Part shown: piece after piece, positions 38,303 to 47,514 of the stretch
Position numbering within the stretch: position 1 is the first letter of the stretch
Layout of the letters: each line of letters opens with the position of its first letter
Source of the DNA: Candidatus Moranbacteria bacterium RIFOXYB1_FULL_43_19
Lineage (GTDB): Bacteria > Patescibacteriota > Minisyncoccia > Moranbacterales > UBA11712
Direction of reading: 5' to 3'
Length of the DNA stretch: 57,994 nt
NCBI GenBank assembly: GCA_001784875.1
Contig: MFSH01000007.1
Coordinates: forward strand, 1 to 57,994
The notes under the pieces: model-generated
Databases searched by the model: none
What the model saw: only the letters and a program-made list of their open reading frames with translations
Told to the model about the DNA's origin: nothing
Made by a program: the position numbers and the translations under genes

Positions 38303-39439
38303 TTATTTCCCGGCTTCCAAAAAAGCCAGGTAATTTTCGGAATTAACGATTTCAATTTTGGAGCCGGGATAGATCTTGGAAAAATCTCGCGCAATCCTGG
38401 TTGCTTTTTTTGAAAACTTGAATTCAAACCCGAAAAGTTTCCCTTCCCGCTCCTCGATCCAGTCGACTTCTTTTTGGTCCCATGTCCGCCAGAAGTAATT
38501 ATTGGCGGAAATTTTTCGGTATTCCTGCGCTTTGAGTCTTTCCGCCGCGAGAAAATTTTCCCAGAGCTTCCCGACGTCATCGCGCAGTTCCAGATCGTTG
38601 AAATTGGAAATAACGGCGTTTCTGATTCCGGTGTCAAAAAAATAATATTTGCTTTTTTTGGTTATTTCTTTCCGGAGGTTTTTTGAAAATCCCCGCAAGC
38701 TGAAAATAACAAAAGATTTCTCCAAAAGATCAAGATACCGCCCCACCGTTTTGTAGTCCAGCGCCAGTTTTTCTCCCAATTCCGTGAGAGAGACTTCACT
38801 TCCGATTTGGAATGCCAGAAGGCGCAAAAGATCAAGCAGAATTTTCGACCCTTTCACTTTTTCCAGCTCCAGAATATCCTTGAGCAGATAAGAATTCACG
38901 ATTTCCTCCAGCGCCCCTTTTTTCTCTTGGCGGGTTTTGGCGGTGACAGCTTCGGGGTATCCTCCGAAAACAAGCCATTCCGGCAGGCGCTCTTTGATCT
39001 CATGAGGATTATAAATTTCGGAAAGCTCGATCTGGGAAAGAGGGAAGAGAGTGAGCGTTCGTTTTCTTCCGGTGAGCGGCTCCCCGATTTGGCCGGCCAG
39101 CTCAAAAGAAGATGATCCAGTGGCGATGACCTTGATTCCGGGAACCTGGTCCACGATTATTTTCAGCCCCTGTCCGACGTTGGGAATCCTTTGGGCTTCG
39201 TCAACGGCCAGCAATTCATAGCCGGAAACATACTCGGTTATTTTGGAAAAATCCTGCGAGTTCAGAATTTCCTGGGTTTTCAGGCTGTCTCCCGAATCCA
39301 GCTTGTATTTCAATTTTGTCCTGGCCAAAAAGCTTTTGAGAAGGGTGGTTTTTCCGGCTTGGCGGGAGCCATAAATAACCAGAACCTTGTTCGGCTTGAG
39401 GTATTTTTCCAGATTTTGATAAAAACGGGGCAGTTTCAT
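38303..39439 (-). CDS. AAA_14/DUF4143 ATPase
   Basis: GSRQAGKT, DEAQ, ATGSS, GGYPE, KYYFFDTG, C-terminal EVDW...FEFK. Confidence 0.9.
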   Translation of the reverse strand: MKLPRFYQNLEKYLKPNKVLVIYGSRQAGKTTLLKSFLARTKLKYKLDSGDSLKTQEILNSQDFSKITEYVSGYELLAVDEAQRIPNVGQGLKIIVDQVPGIKVIATGSSSFELAGQIGEPLTGRKRTLTLFPLSQIELSEIYNPHEIKERLPEWLVFGGYPEAVTAKTRQEKKGALEEIVNSYLLKDILELEKVKGSKILLDLLRLLAFQIGSEVSLTELGEKLALDYKTVGRYLDLLEKSFVIFSLRGFSKNLRKEITKKSKYYFFDTGIRNAVISNFNDLELRDDVGKLWENFLAAERLKAQEYRKISANNYFWRTWDQKEVDWIEEREGKLFGFEFKFSKKATRIARDFSKIYPGSKIEIVNSENYLAFLEAGK

Positions 39440-39525
39440 GCTTTCGTTATATACCCAATCCTTGAAATTGTCAAATTACGAGGATTCGAAATACTGCAAA
39501 TAAGGATATTCGCCTGTGGCTGTCC

Positions 39526-39657
39526 CTACTTCTTTGGCTTTTTCAGGGCGTTTTTCGTATTATCGACGAGTTCGTTTTTCATGCTTGCTTGTCCCACACC
39601 ACAAGAAGTAGGCATTAATTTGTGGTGTGGGGTTTATTACGAAGTTGGCAAGTTTAT
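39526..39657 (-). pseudogene. duplicated 5' end of the PBP gene (18 codons + upstream) with a hairpin insert
   Basis: Near-identical to 38222-38306; reads MKNELVDNTKNALKKPKK*. Confidence 0.8.
39587..39636. mobile_element. hairpin mini-element
   Basis: gcttgtcccacaccacaa ... ttgtggtgtggggttta; left end matches the ribE insertion. Confidence 0.7.
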
Positions 39658-39695
39658 ATTTTCTGCCAATTTTTCACTTATGTCAACATTCTACA

Positions 39696-41033
39696 CTATT
39701 TTTCCAGATTCTCTAAATCTTCATCATTTATTGCTAGTTGTTCAAGGAGCCAAATGTGCCTTGGATTCGTTGGGTCATATTTGCCTATCGAAAATTTTAT
39801 TTCTGCGCCTGGCCTTTCTTTTAGTAATTGCCACACACCAATATTTCCCTCTCTGTAAACCATATCCCTTGAAAGACATGCGCCAGGAGTTTTGCAAGTT
39901 GTCCCTCGAAAAATTCTGACACAATCATTCCAGGCATCATTTTTTGATGTTTCGAGCGCGCTAACCTTTTCTTTTTTTGATCTGATAAAATAATAGTCCT
40001 TTAAAATTTCAAATACCTGGCGAAAATCCCTCTTTTTACCGTCCATTCCTCGAGCTAAGGAAATGGCAAAATGGTAGTCCAATCCGCGAAAGCTCTTTAC
40101 TCCCTTTATTTTTTGCTCCCGATACGTGGCAATCCCTTCCTCGCCTTTCGGCGACCTGTCAAGTCCCAAAGCAAGCAATTTAAGCTTTGAGCGTTCTCCT
40201 TTTTCCCTTTGCAAGACATGCGTTCCAAGCTCATGCTCCATCAGCGCCAGTAAGTCTGAATGCTTTAGCTTTCTTGTTGAAGGTATGTTTACGACTCTCT
40301 TATGCTGGCTGACGCTAAGATTGGTAATTTTGCCTTCTTTTTCGACAACCACTTTCCATCCAGCTAACTGAAATTTTTGCAAATACTCTTCGAAAGCAGA
40401 CTTTATTTCTTCGGCCGAATATACTTTTTCATCTCCAAAGGATTTTGCCTCTGGCAGGTTGAACTCCTCGGGCCTTATCGTGTTTTCATTGTTCATCAAA
40501 ACTTCGAACAATTCCGCGTTGAGTCGTTTTGCTGCAGAAGAAATCTCTGGATCAGGGTCAGATATTTTCTGGTCGATGACCTCTTTTATTTGATAAATTG
40601 TATGTTGATAAAACTCGCTATCCGGTTTTCCGTAAATGAAGTTTGAATATCTTGCAAATCTTCGATCATCGCCATCACGCGCGGCTTTCAACATGCGCAC
40701 TACAGCAAGTTGTTCGTTGACACGAGTGCGATAAGATTCTCTAACCGCCAGATTCTTTTCTTGGGAAAGAATGTTTCCTCTCAACAATAAGAGTCTTTGC
40801 TCCTTCTGATCAAAGTCGAAGTTTCCCAGGTCAGGGAAATCGAGGGACGGGTTTTCAATTTCTCCTGAAAGAAATTTATTTTTTTGCTGACTGCGGATTT
40901 CTTTCTTTCCGGATAAATATTCAAAATCCATAAAGGCTCCCACGCTTTTGAATCTTTTATACCACATGTCATCAAACGCACCCGGAATATTTTCCGGCTT
41001 TTCGCGATGTGCTAGAGTTTCAAATTTGTTCAT
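39696..41033 (-). CDS. DUF1704 (MATCAP-like) metallo-carboxypeptidase
   Basis: HELGTH...EEGIA, RIFRG, RDMVYREG, GK motifs. Confidence 0.8.
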   Translation of the reverse strand: MNKFETLAHREKPENIPGAFDDMWYKRFKSVGAFMDFEYLSGKKEIRSQQKNKFLSGEIENPSLDFPDLGNFDFDQKEQRLLLLRGNILSQEKNLAVRESYRTRVNEQLAVVRMLKAARDGDDRRFARYSNFIYGKPDSEFYQHTIYQIKEVIDQKISDPDPEISSAAKRLNAELFEVLMNNENTIRPEEFNLPEAKSFGDEKVYSAEEIKSAFEEYLQKFQLAGWKVVVEKEGKITNLSVSQHKRVVNIPSTRKLKHSDLLALMEHELGTHVLQREKGERSKLKLLALGLDRSPKGEEGIATYREQKIKGVKSFRGLDYHFAISLARGMDGKKRDFRQVFEILKDYYFIRSKKEKVSALETSKNDAWNDCVRIFRGTTCKTPGACLSRDMVYREGNIGVWQLLKERPGAEIKFSIGKYDPTNPRHIWLLEQLAINDEDLENLEK

Positions 41034-41649
41034 AGGTGATCAAATCAAAGCGCCGGATTATATTTTTGAATTGCCGGCTTTTTAGTATTTCTTGTTCAAC
41101 TTCCCGCTGTTTATTGTAACTGGCGGTTGCTTTCGGGTCGAAATAACCGGGATGGCATAGCAGTTCGATTGTCCGGCTCTTTGCACTTTTCAAATCCTTG
41201 AATAATTTTGCTTTTCTGTCTGGATGCCAGCTGATGAATTGATCAGGGGTTTTTATTCCCGCCTCCCGCATTATTTTTCGATCGTCGGAAGATGTTGATC
41301 GAACCGGCAATTCGTATTTTTTTGCGATTTTGAGAACTTTTGAAAAATTGCTGGGAAGCAGGTGATAATATTTATGCCCGTCGAGGTGAGAAGGAAATCG
41401 CCCGAATAATTTGCTGAATACTTTTATTTGCTGCTCCATTTCCTCCGCCGGTGTTTCGAGAGAGAGTTCTAGATGAAGACCGATAGAAACATGTTTTTGC
41501 TCTAATAAGTCTTTCGGCTTTATAAATTCCCGCTTTATCATCACTGTTGTGCTGGTCACGATTCCCTTTCCAATCAATTCCAAAATTCCTCCGTTAAATT
41601 TTTTTGACAGGCCGTAATCGTCCGCGTTAATAATTAATTTTCTTTTCAT
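41020..41649 (-). CDS. YdjC/ChbG-family deacetylase
   Basis: INADDYG, GLHL, PSHLDGH, ELLCHPG. Confidence 0.9.
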   Translation of the reverse strand: MKRKLIINADDYGLSKKFNGGILELIGKGIVTSTTVMIKREFIKPKDLLEQKHVSIGLHLELSLETPAEEMEQQIKVFSKLFGRFPSHLDGHKYYHLLPSNFSKVLKIAKKYELPVRSTSSDDRKIMREAGIKTPDQFISWHPDRKAKLFKDLKSAKSRTIELLCHPGYFDPKATASYNKQREVEQEILKSRQFKNIIRRFDLITYEQI

Positions 41650-42551
41650 ATCTTATTCTTTAGTAGGTTTACAATTTCCCTGGCGACATTTATTTTCGGA
41701 TGGACTTCCTCAAATCCTTCGAAGCAGGGGAACAGGTTTATCTCAATCACAAGATAGCCTTTTTTAATCTTAAAGACATCTATTCCGGCTAAGTCTAATC
41801 CAATCTTTTTACAAATAGATTCAGCAAATCTTTCCATAGCGGGTTCAATGAACTTTTCTATGCGTCCTCCGAGGCTAAAATTATTTTTCCAATTTCCTTT
41901 ATTGGCGGTTCGTTTCATTATGCCCAGAGATTTGCCCTTGCAGACAATGATTCTATAATCACAAGTATTTTCAATAAAGGGCTGGAAGATCAAGTTTTTA
42001 GATCTTCTATTTTTCAAGATAGATCCTAACCCCGCTTGGTCATCAACTCGATAAACCCCGCGTCCCATCCCAGTATCACTCTCTTTAATTACTAAAGGAT
42101 AATGTAGCCCCAAAACGTTAAGCTTTTCAACAATTTTTTTTATGGAATTATCGACAAAATGCATTGTTGGAATGGTCGGAATATTGTTGAGGGTGAAGAT
42201 CTGGGATTGATTAAACTTATCATTGTAAGGGTATTTGATAAAAAATTTACCGTTTGCCACGGGTATGTTCTTTTCCAGGAGGTATGTTGTCAAAAAATGC
42301 AGTTCGTTTGTTATATAAAAAAACAACCTCTTGTCTCTTTCTAATATGCTATAACAAGGCGAGTCGAAGAAAGCGGCTGTATATTTTTTTGTTTCAATTA
42401 ATTTTGTGCTGTTTATAATAGTATTCAGTCCGAAAGCTAAATCGCTCCAGCCGATAAAATCGGATTTGATCCTCAGCCTTTTCAGCTCTTGGCGCATTCT
42501 CTTTATTGTATGATCTTTTCTGTTGACGCCGATTAGCAGTATGCTCTGCAT
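41646..42551 (-). CDS. RimK-like ATP-grasp ligase
   Basis: NDKF, YPLVIK...GMGRGV, FQPFI, DYRI, NFSLGG, GIDV, EIN. Confidence 0.88.
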   Translation of the reverse strand: MQSILLIGVNRKDHTIKRMRQELKRLRIKSDFIGWSDLAFGLNTIINSTKLIETKKYTAAFFDSPCYSILERDKRLFFYITNELHFLTTYLLEKNIPVANGKFFIKYPYNDKFNQSQIFTLNNIPTIPTMHFVDNSIKKIVEKLNVLGLHYPLVIKESDTGMGRGVYRVDDQAGLGSILKNRRSKNLIFQPFIENTCDYRIIVCKGKSLGIMKRTANKGNWKNNFSLGGRIEKFIEPAMERFAESICKKIGLDLAGIDVFKIKKGYLVIEINLFPCFEGFEEVHPKINVAREIVNLLKNKI

Positions 42552-42554
42552 AGG

Positions 42555-43505
42555 CTATAATTTTTTAAATATTTTTATTAATTCTTCATACATTTTTTGC
42601 ATCAGTAACTCTTTCCCTGGATGTATCAATAATCCGGGCATAGAGTTTAGTTCTACTATCCATGGACGATTGTGTCTGTCGAACATAAAGTCAATCGAAT
42701 ACACGCAGGGATTAAATGTGCGGAAAAGGTGGTTGGCAAAAGAGATTATTGGGCACAGTGATTTTGGAATATTTTCAGTTGGAATGGCAGTGAGTGTGCC
42801 GCCTTGTGATAAATTAGATAAATAACTGTCCTTGCGAGGTTCTCTTATGTGAGAATAGATAATTTTGTTATCCACGATGACAACTCTCAAGTCGTGCGTG
42901 TTTTTGTTCAGCCCAGGGACCCCTCTTGACGAGTCTATAAACTCCTGGACTATATAATTTTTCCCGACCCTAATTTTGCTTTTTGAAATAGCTGATTCAG
43001 CTTTCAAGATCTGCACATCTTTCCCTTCGCTTTCGTCAAGCGGCTTGATAACAACCATCCTTGTCTTTATTTTCAGAATTGTGTTCTCTAGGTCGCTCTT
43101 GCTGGATATGAGCCAGGATTTTTTTGTCCATTCTTTGAATAAAAGACTAATTGTTAATTTGTTGTCTATCAGCTGGGTAAACAGCAAATTATTTATGAAG
43201 CGGAAGTTTTTCGAAATAACCTCTTTTTTATAATAGACCTCTGCTGATGAAGGGGTTTTATCATATATAAAGTCAGGGCTACATCGATAGGATCTTGCCC
43301 ATCCCCTTTTTCTATCAAACGCCCACGCGAACTTAAACACTTTTTTTTTGTAGTCATACCATTCATAGGAAGCGCGATACATTTTTATGCCGTTATCTTC
43401 GCACAAAGAATACATCCTTTCATAGGACTGGCGCGCGATTTTTTTCTGGAAGGGGTTTTTTCTTTTCCAGTTACTTTTTCCGAAAAGAATAAGAACTTTC
43501 TTCAT
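42555..43505 (-). CDS. ATP-grasp ligase (YheC/D-like)
   Basis: DNK, VIKP...EGKDV, VQEFIDS, HDLR, NLSQGG, SIDF, ELNSMPG. Confidence 0.85.
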   Translation of the reverse strand: MKKVLILFGKSNWKRKNPFQKKIARQSYERMYSLCEDNGIKMYRASYEWYDYKKKVFKFAWAFDRKRGWARSYRCSPDFIYDKTPSSAEVYYKKEVISKNFRFINNLLFTQLIDNKLTISLLFKEWTKKSWLISSKSDLENTILKIKTRMVVIKPLDESEGKDVQILKAESAISKSKIRVGKNYIVQEFIDSSRGVPGLNKNTHDLRVVIVDNKIIYSHIREPRKDSYLSNLSQGGTLTAIPTENIPKSLCPIISFANHLFRTFNPCVYSIDFMFDRHNRPWIVELNSMPGLLIHPGKELLMQKMYEELIKIFKKL

Positions 43506-43507
43506 GA

Positions 43508-44431
43508 TTATTTCAGAAAAAAATTAATAACGCGGGTATAGAAATATTCCCTGTAGTCCAATTCTTCCTCGTCGATCGTGATGCCCGGCCGAGAGTTCAT
43601 CTCCAGAATCCAAGGCTTTTGGTCGTTATCGAAAATAAAATCGATAGAGTATAATTTCTTTCCGTAAGGAGATAATTTTTTTGAAATATAGCGCGTGATC
43701 GCAAATATTTTTTTTGGTATTTTGGAAGCAGGAAGAGGGGTCAGGGATCCGCCTTGGGAATAATTAGCTATCAACTTTCCTTCCTTTGGGGTTCTGATGT
43801 AGGAATAAAATGGCTTTCCGTTTTTTGTGAGAAATACTCTAAGATCATGCGGTCCGTCTACTATTCCAGGGATGCCTTTTTCGGCAGAAATAAACTCCTG
43901 GGCAATAAAAGGATATTTGATAGGCTTTATTTTATTTTTGGGATAAACCTTTATTCCCTTTCCTCCTGATCCGAAAAGGGGCTTTAGCAACACGAGATTG
44001 CTTTTTATTTTTTTAATTTTTACCAAATCTTTTTTTCGATTTATCAAAACAGTTCTGGGAGAAAACTCTGGAAATTTCCTATGGGTCATCCATTTATTGC
44101 TCAAAAGACGACTCAGCTTTAGGCTATTTATGAAGGTGAAGTCTCTTTCAATTTTTTGCCGGATGGCGTGTAAGCGCTTGCTGACCACGAGAGGACTCTT
44201 GTCATAAATTATATCCGGGACGATGTTTTTCCCCCATTGCCAGTTACCTTTTTTATGAAATTCAGCTTTTGCGAATAAGCGTTTTTGCGGATCGTAAGCT
44301 CCGATAGGGGCTCTGAAAAATTCAACCCCTTTTTTCTCTGCAAATGAATAAAGGTCGGCAAATTGTCGTCGACTTTTGCGTGACAACCCTATTCGCCCTG
44401 TCTTATCGAATAATATTAGAACTTTTTTCAT
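43508..44431 (-). CDS. ATP-grasp ligase (YheC/D-like), paralog of 42555-43505
   Basis: NKW, LKP..GSGGKGI, QEFI, HDLR, NYSQGG, EMNSRPG. Confidence 0.85.
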   Translation of the reverse strand: MKKVLILFDKTGRIGLSRKSRRQFADLYSFAEKKGVEFFRAPIGAYDPQKRLFAKAEFHKKGNWQWGKNIVPDIIYDKSPLVVSKRLHAIRQKIERDFTFINSLKLSRLLSNKWMTHRKFPEFSPRTVLINRKKDLVKIKKIKSNLVLLKPLFGSGGKGIKVYPKNKIKPIKYPFIAQEFISAEKGIPGIVDGPHDLRVFLTKNGKPFYSYIRTPKEGKLIANYSQGGSLTPLPASKIPKKIFAITRYISKKLSPYGKKLYSIDFIFDNDQKPWILEMNSRPGITIDEEELDYREYFYTRVINFFLK

Positions 44432-45837
44432 TATTTCACTTCAATTAAAAATTTCTTAAGGTCGCGTTTCCCGATTATCATGGGATATTTGAGGTTTTTC
44501 CGGTCTACTAAATTTATTTTTGAGAGTATTCTCTCCTCGTCCATTTCAAATTCAACTTTCACCACCGGGCGAATTGAATTTCCGCTGGCGGAAAAGATGA
44601 TGGCGACATCTTCAAGATCCGGAATTGAATCCTTGTATTTTTCCAGAAGATCTTTTTTGATTGAATTCTCGTTTTCTGGGGCCAGTTTATATTGCGACAA
44701 ATCAATTGCAGAAAATTTGTTGATTATTTCCTCATAGCCCAGTTGCTTTGCAATTTCGATGTCAATTGATGATGACTGGGCTCCCGTGTCGATTTTTGCC
44801 TCAACCTTGATTTCCTTTTCATTTTTCCCGATCAGTTTTATCTTTTCCACTGTTCCGATTATTTTCTTTCCCGAAATCCCCTCAATTTCATCTTCAATTT
44901 CTCCGCCAAAGAGATTCATACCGACCGCCACACCCTTTTCAGCCGTTTTTATTTTGAGGTCTTCAACCCGGCGCAGGCGCCCGAGGAGTCCGTCGGTATT
45001 CGCGATTTGAATGGAAAGCCCTGGGCGGGCGTTGAGCTCCAAAAATACCGGTCCCCGGTCGCGGTCGATGGCGACGTCGGCACCCAAAAATCCAAGGCCG
45101 GAAATCTCTTGGGCCCGAACAGCCATCCGGAGCATATCTTTCCAGTAGGGAATTCTGATTCCGGAGAGAAGAAGGCGAGTTCCTGGTATGTATTCGATCA
45201 TCCTGCCTTTTCCGAGCACCGATGTTGTTGTCACTCCTGTCGCCATATCAATCCCGACTCCAATAGCCCCCTGCTGAAGGTTGGCTTTTCCGTCTGATTC
45301 GCGGGTCGGCAGACGCAGCATTGCCATCACGGGCACCTTGTTGTACACGATTATCCGGATGTCGGGAATGCCTTTGAAGGCATAAGGCTTGAAGAGTTTG
45401 AGGAGCTTGAGGCGCTCTTCAAAAAAGGCTACATCCGGAACGCCTGCCAGGGAAAAACTGCCGTCTAAGATATTTCTCGCGTGTGTCTTTATGTCATCCG
45501 CCGTCACGATTGACCCGTCAGCCTTGATCCAAGTATTTTCGAGATGCTTCTTTTTTCCGTAAACGACCAGAATTCCCTCGCCGCCAAATCCGCGGTTCGG
45601 TTTCAAAACAAAACTTTCCGGAAGAAGGCTCCAATCAAAATTTTCGAGTTCTTCGAAACTTTTTATCTTCGCTATAAGTTTCGGGACGGGAAGCTCGGCT
45701 TTTGCGAGAAATTTTTTGCTCAAGAGCTTGTCATCCGCCAGTTTTTTTGCTCGGCGAAGATTGTTCGGACGGATAAACCGAAGATTGCGGGCGTTCATTC
45801 CCAATATATTTCGTCGAGCCTTGAAATATGAAATCAT
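44431..45837 (-). CDS. alpha-L-glutamate ligase-like ATP-grasp fused to a retropepsin-like (RimK-associated) protease
   Basis: LGMNARN, DDKL, AMLRLPT..SDGKANL.QG, ELNARPGLSIQ; C-terminal AKIDTGA...DR..LKYPMIIG. Confidence 0.88.
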   Translation of the reverse strand: MISYFKARRNILGMNARNLRFIRPNNLRRAKKLADDKLLSKKFLAKAELPVPKLIAKIKSFEELENFDWSLLPESFVLKPNRGFGGEGILVVYGKKKHLENTWIKADGSIVTADDIKTHARNILDGSFSLAGVPDVAFFEERLKLLKLFKPYAFKGIPDIRIIVYNKVPVMAMLRLPTRESDGKANLQQGAIGVGIDMATGVTTTSVLGKGRMIEYIPGTRLLLSGIRIPYWKDMLRMAVRAQEISGLGFLGADVAIDRDRGPVFLELNARPGLSIQIANTDGLLGRLRRVEDLKIKTAEKGVAVGMNLFGGEIEDEIEGISGKKIIGTVEKIKLIGKNEKEIKVEAKIDTGAQSSSIDIEIAKQLGYEEIINKFSAIDLSQYKLAPENENSIKKDLLEKYKDSIPDLEDVAIIFSASGNSIRPVVKVEFEMDEERILSKINLVDRKNLKYPMIIGKRDLKKFLIEVK

Positions 45838-46487
45838 TTAGGTTTGATAATTTGGCGAAAGCGCAAATATTCGGAAAGGCGAAGCCCTGTCCACTTGCCG
45901 AGAAAAATGTTTATTGGGATTGTCAGAAGGCTCATCCAGGGATAACTCAAAATCATTTTGATAAGCTGGGGCCAGCTGGCGATATAGTAGCCGATGACGG
46001 AAATGAAAAGTGTTTCCAATGAGAGAATAATAGCGGCCCGGTTTCCTTTTTCGATTTGAACAGTGATGAATTTTTCCACCAGGGTGATCATTATGAGAAT
46101 AGGAAAAATTGAGACACTGGCGAGGCCTGTCCGGTTCCAGGTTCCGCCGATAAAAAGCAAAAAAAGAATCGAAAAACCAACGATGGTGATCATAATGGCC
46201 ACCCTTGGAAGATAAAGGAGCCTCGCTTTTTTAAGGAGATAGCGGGTAATTGTGCCAACCAAGATGACGGTAACGAAGATTGTGATGCCGTATTTTATTT
46301 CATTGGTCGCCAGAAAGGCAAAAGTTATGATGGCCGGTGTATAGATGCCAAAAGCCTTGATGCCGATGACTTGCCGGAAAAAGGCGATCATAGTGACGAT
46401 AATAGGCAGAATCAAAACCAAAACCAACGTGTCGAGAGGCACCCCGTTGGCAGCAGCCAGGGTAATGAACGAATTTATGTTTTCCAT
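45834..46487 (-). CDS. 7TM membrane protein (7TM_transglut / PgsC-like)
   Basis: FRQVIGIKAFGIYTP, LLYLPR, FPILIM, GKWTGLRLSEYLRF. Confidence 0.8.
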   Translation of the reverse strand: MENINSFITLAAANGVPLDTLVLVLILPIIVTMIAFFRQVIGIKAFGIYTPAIITFAFLATNEIKYGITIFVTVILVGTITRYLLKKARLLYLPRVAIMITIVGFSILFLLFIGGTWNRTGLASVSIFPILIMITLVEKFITVQIEKGNRAAIILSLETLFISVIGYYIASWPQLIKMILSYPWMSLLTIPINIFLGKWTGLRLSEYLRFRQIIKPK

Positions 46488-46562
46488 GTGGTTTTTGCTT
46501 AAATTTAGGTTAAAGACTAACTAAAAAATACCGCTTTTTAGCGGTGTTGTCAATGGATTTTC

Positions 46563-46645
46563 GAGTAACCCGTAACACGAAACATGACTCACGATTGGAA
46601 GATTTATCCTTTAGTGTGTCGTGTTATGAGCATCGTGTGTCGAGA
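46563..46645 (-). repeat. family-C heptad inverted-arm element, empty copy overlapping the ruvC 3' end
   Basis: Minus strand: ctcgacacacgatgctcataacacgacac ... gtgagtcatgtttcgtgttacgggttactcga. Confidence 0.75.
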
Positions 46646-47140
46646 ATTGAGATGACATATCGCAATTGCCACTGCGTCGGCAGCGTCATCTGGCTTTGGA
46701 GCACACTTGAGCTTCAAAATATTCTTTACCATAATTTGAATTTGTTTTTTTTCGGCCCGGCCGTATCCAGTGAGAGCCTGTTTTACCTGAAGAGGGGTAT
46801 AGTTTGAAAGAGGAACTCCGTTCTTCTTTATCTCATATAAGATAACCCCGCGGGCTTGGGCGACCGTAACCGCAGTCTTCAAGTTTTTGAAAAAGAAAAG
46901 ATCTTCAATGGCGGCTTCATCGGGTTTGAATTTTTTGACGAGCGATTGAATGTCGCGTCCAATTTCAACCAGCCGCTCCGCATCAGAGTTAATTTTCGAA
47001 GTGTTGATACATCCGCAAGCCACCAGCCGCGGATTTTTTTTGTTTTCTTCAACCACGGCCCAGCCGGTCGTGGCCGTGCCGGGATCAACTCCCATAACAC
47101 GAAACCCGTAACATGACTCGCGAGAGGACTTATTTTTCAT
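46604..47140 (-). CDS. ruvC: Holliday junction resolvase RuvC
   Basis: GVDPGTATTGW, AIEDLFF.KN, QARGV, PLQVKQ..TGYGRA.K, PDDAADA.AIA. Confidence 0.96.
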   Translation of the reverse strand: MKNKSSRESCYGFRVMGVDPGTATTGWAVVEENKKNPRLVACGCINTSKINSDAERLVEIGRDIQSLVKKFKPDEAAIEDLFFFKNLKTAVTVAQARGVILYEIKKNGVPLSNYTPLQVKQALTGYGRAEKKQIQIMVKNILKLKCAPKPDDAADAVAIAICHLNSRHTMLITRHTKG

Positions 47141-47514
47141 TTCTTATAATGCCAAAGAGCATGGCGCCTATTTCGTCGGCCAGATTCAAGGCTTTTTTAT
47201 AATCGTCATTTGATAAATATTTTTCGACTAGGGCAAAATGGAGAAGATATTTTAATTCCTTTAAAGATGCATAAGAAATTCTAAAAAAGTTTTGCTTAGA
47301 TTTTTCCCTATATCTAGCGAATCCCTCGATGTAATTCAAGATAATGGATAAAGCCGCTCGTCGAATTTGTGAAGTAACTCCGTAAAGTTCTTCTCGAGGG
47401 AATTCTCTTGTGATTTTATAAACGAAGTGGACATAATCATCCATTATCTTTCTAAGTTTTTTATGAAATAGTTCTTCCATTTGTGTGTCGAGTTACGTGT
47501 TACGAGATGCGTGA
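47094..47514 (-). mobile_element. family-C heptad-arm cassette carrying a four-helix-bundle gene
   Basis: 5' arm tcacgcatctcgtaacacgtaactcgacac; 3' arm cgagtcatgttacgggtttcgtgtta; inserted in the yebC-ruvC junction. Confidence 0.75.
47130..47480 (-). CDS. four-helix-bundle protein (TIGR02436)
   Basis: FPREELYGVTSQIRRAALSIILNYIEG...ISYASLKE. Confidence 0.93.
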   Translation of the reverse strand: MEELFHKKLRKIMDDYVHFVYKITREFPREELYGVTSQIRRAALSIILNYIEGFARYREKSKQNFFRISYASLKELKYLLHFALVEKYLSNDDYKKALNLADEIGAMLFGIIRNEK

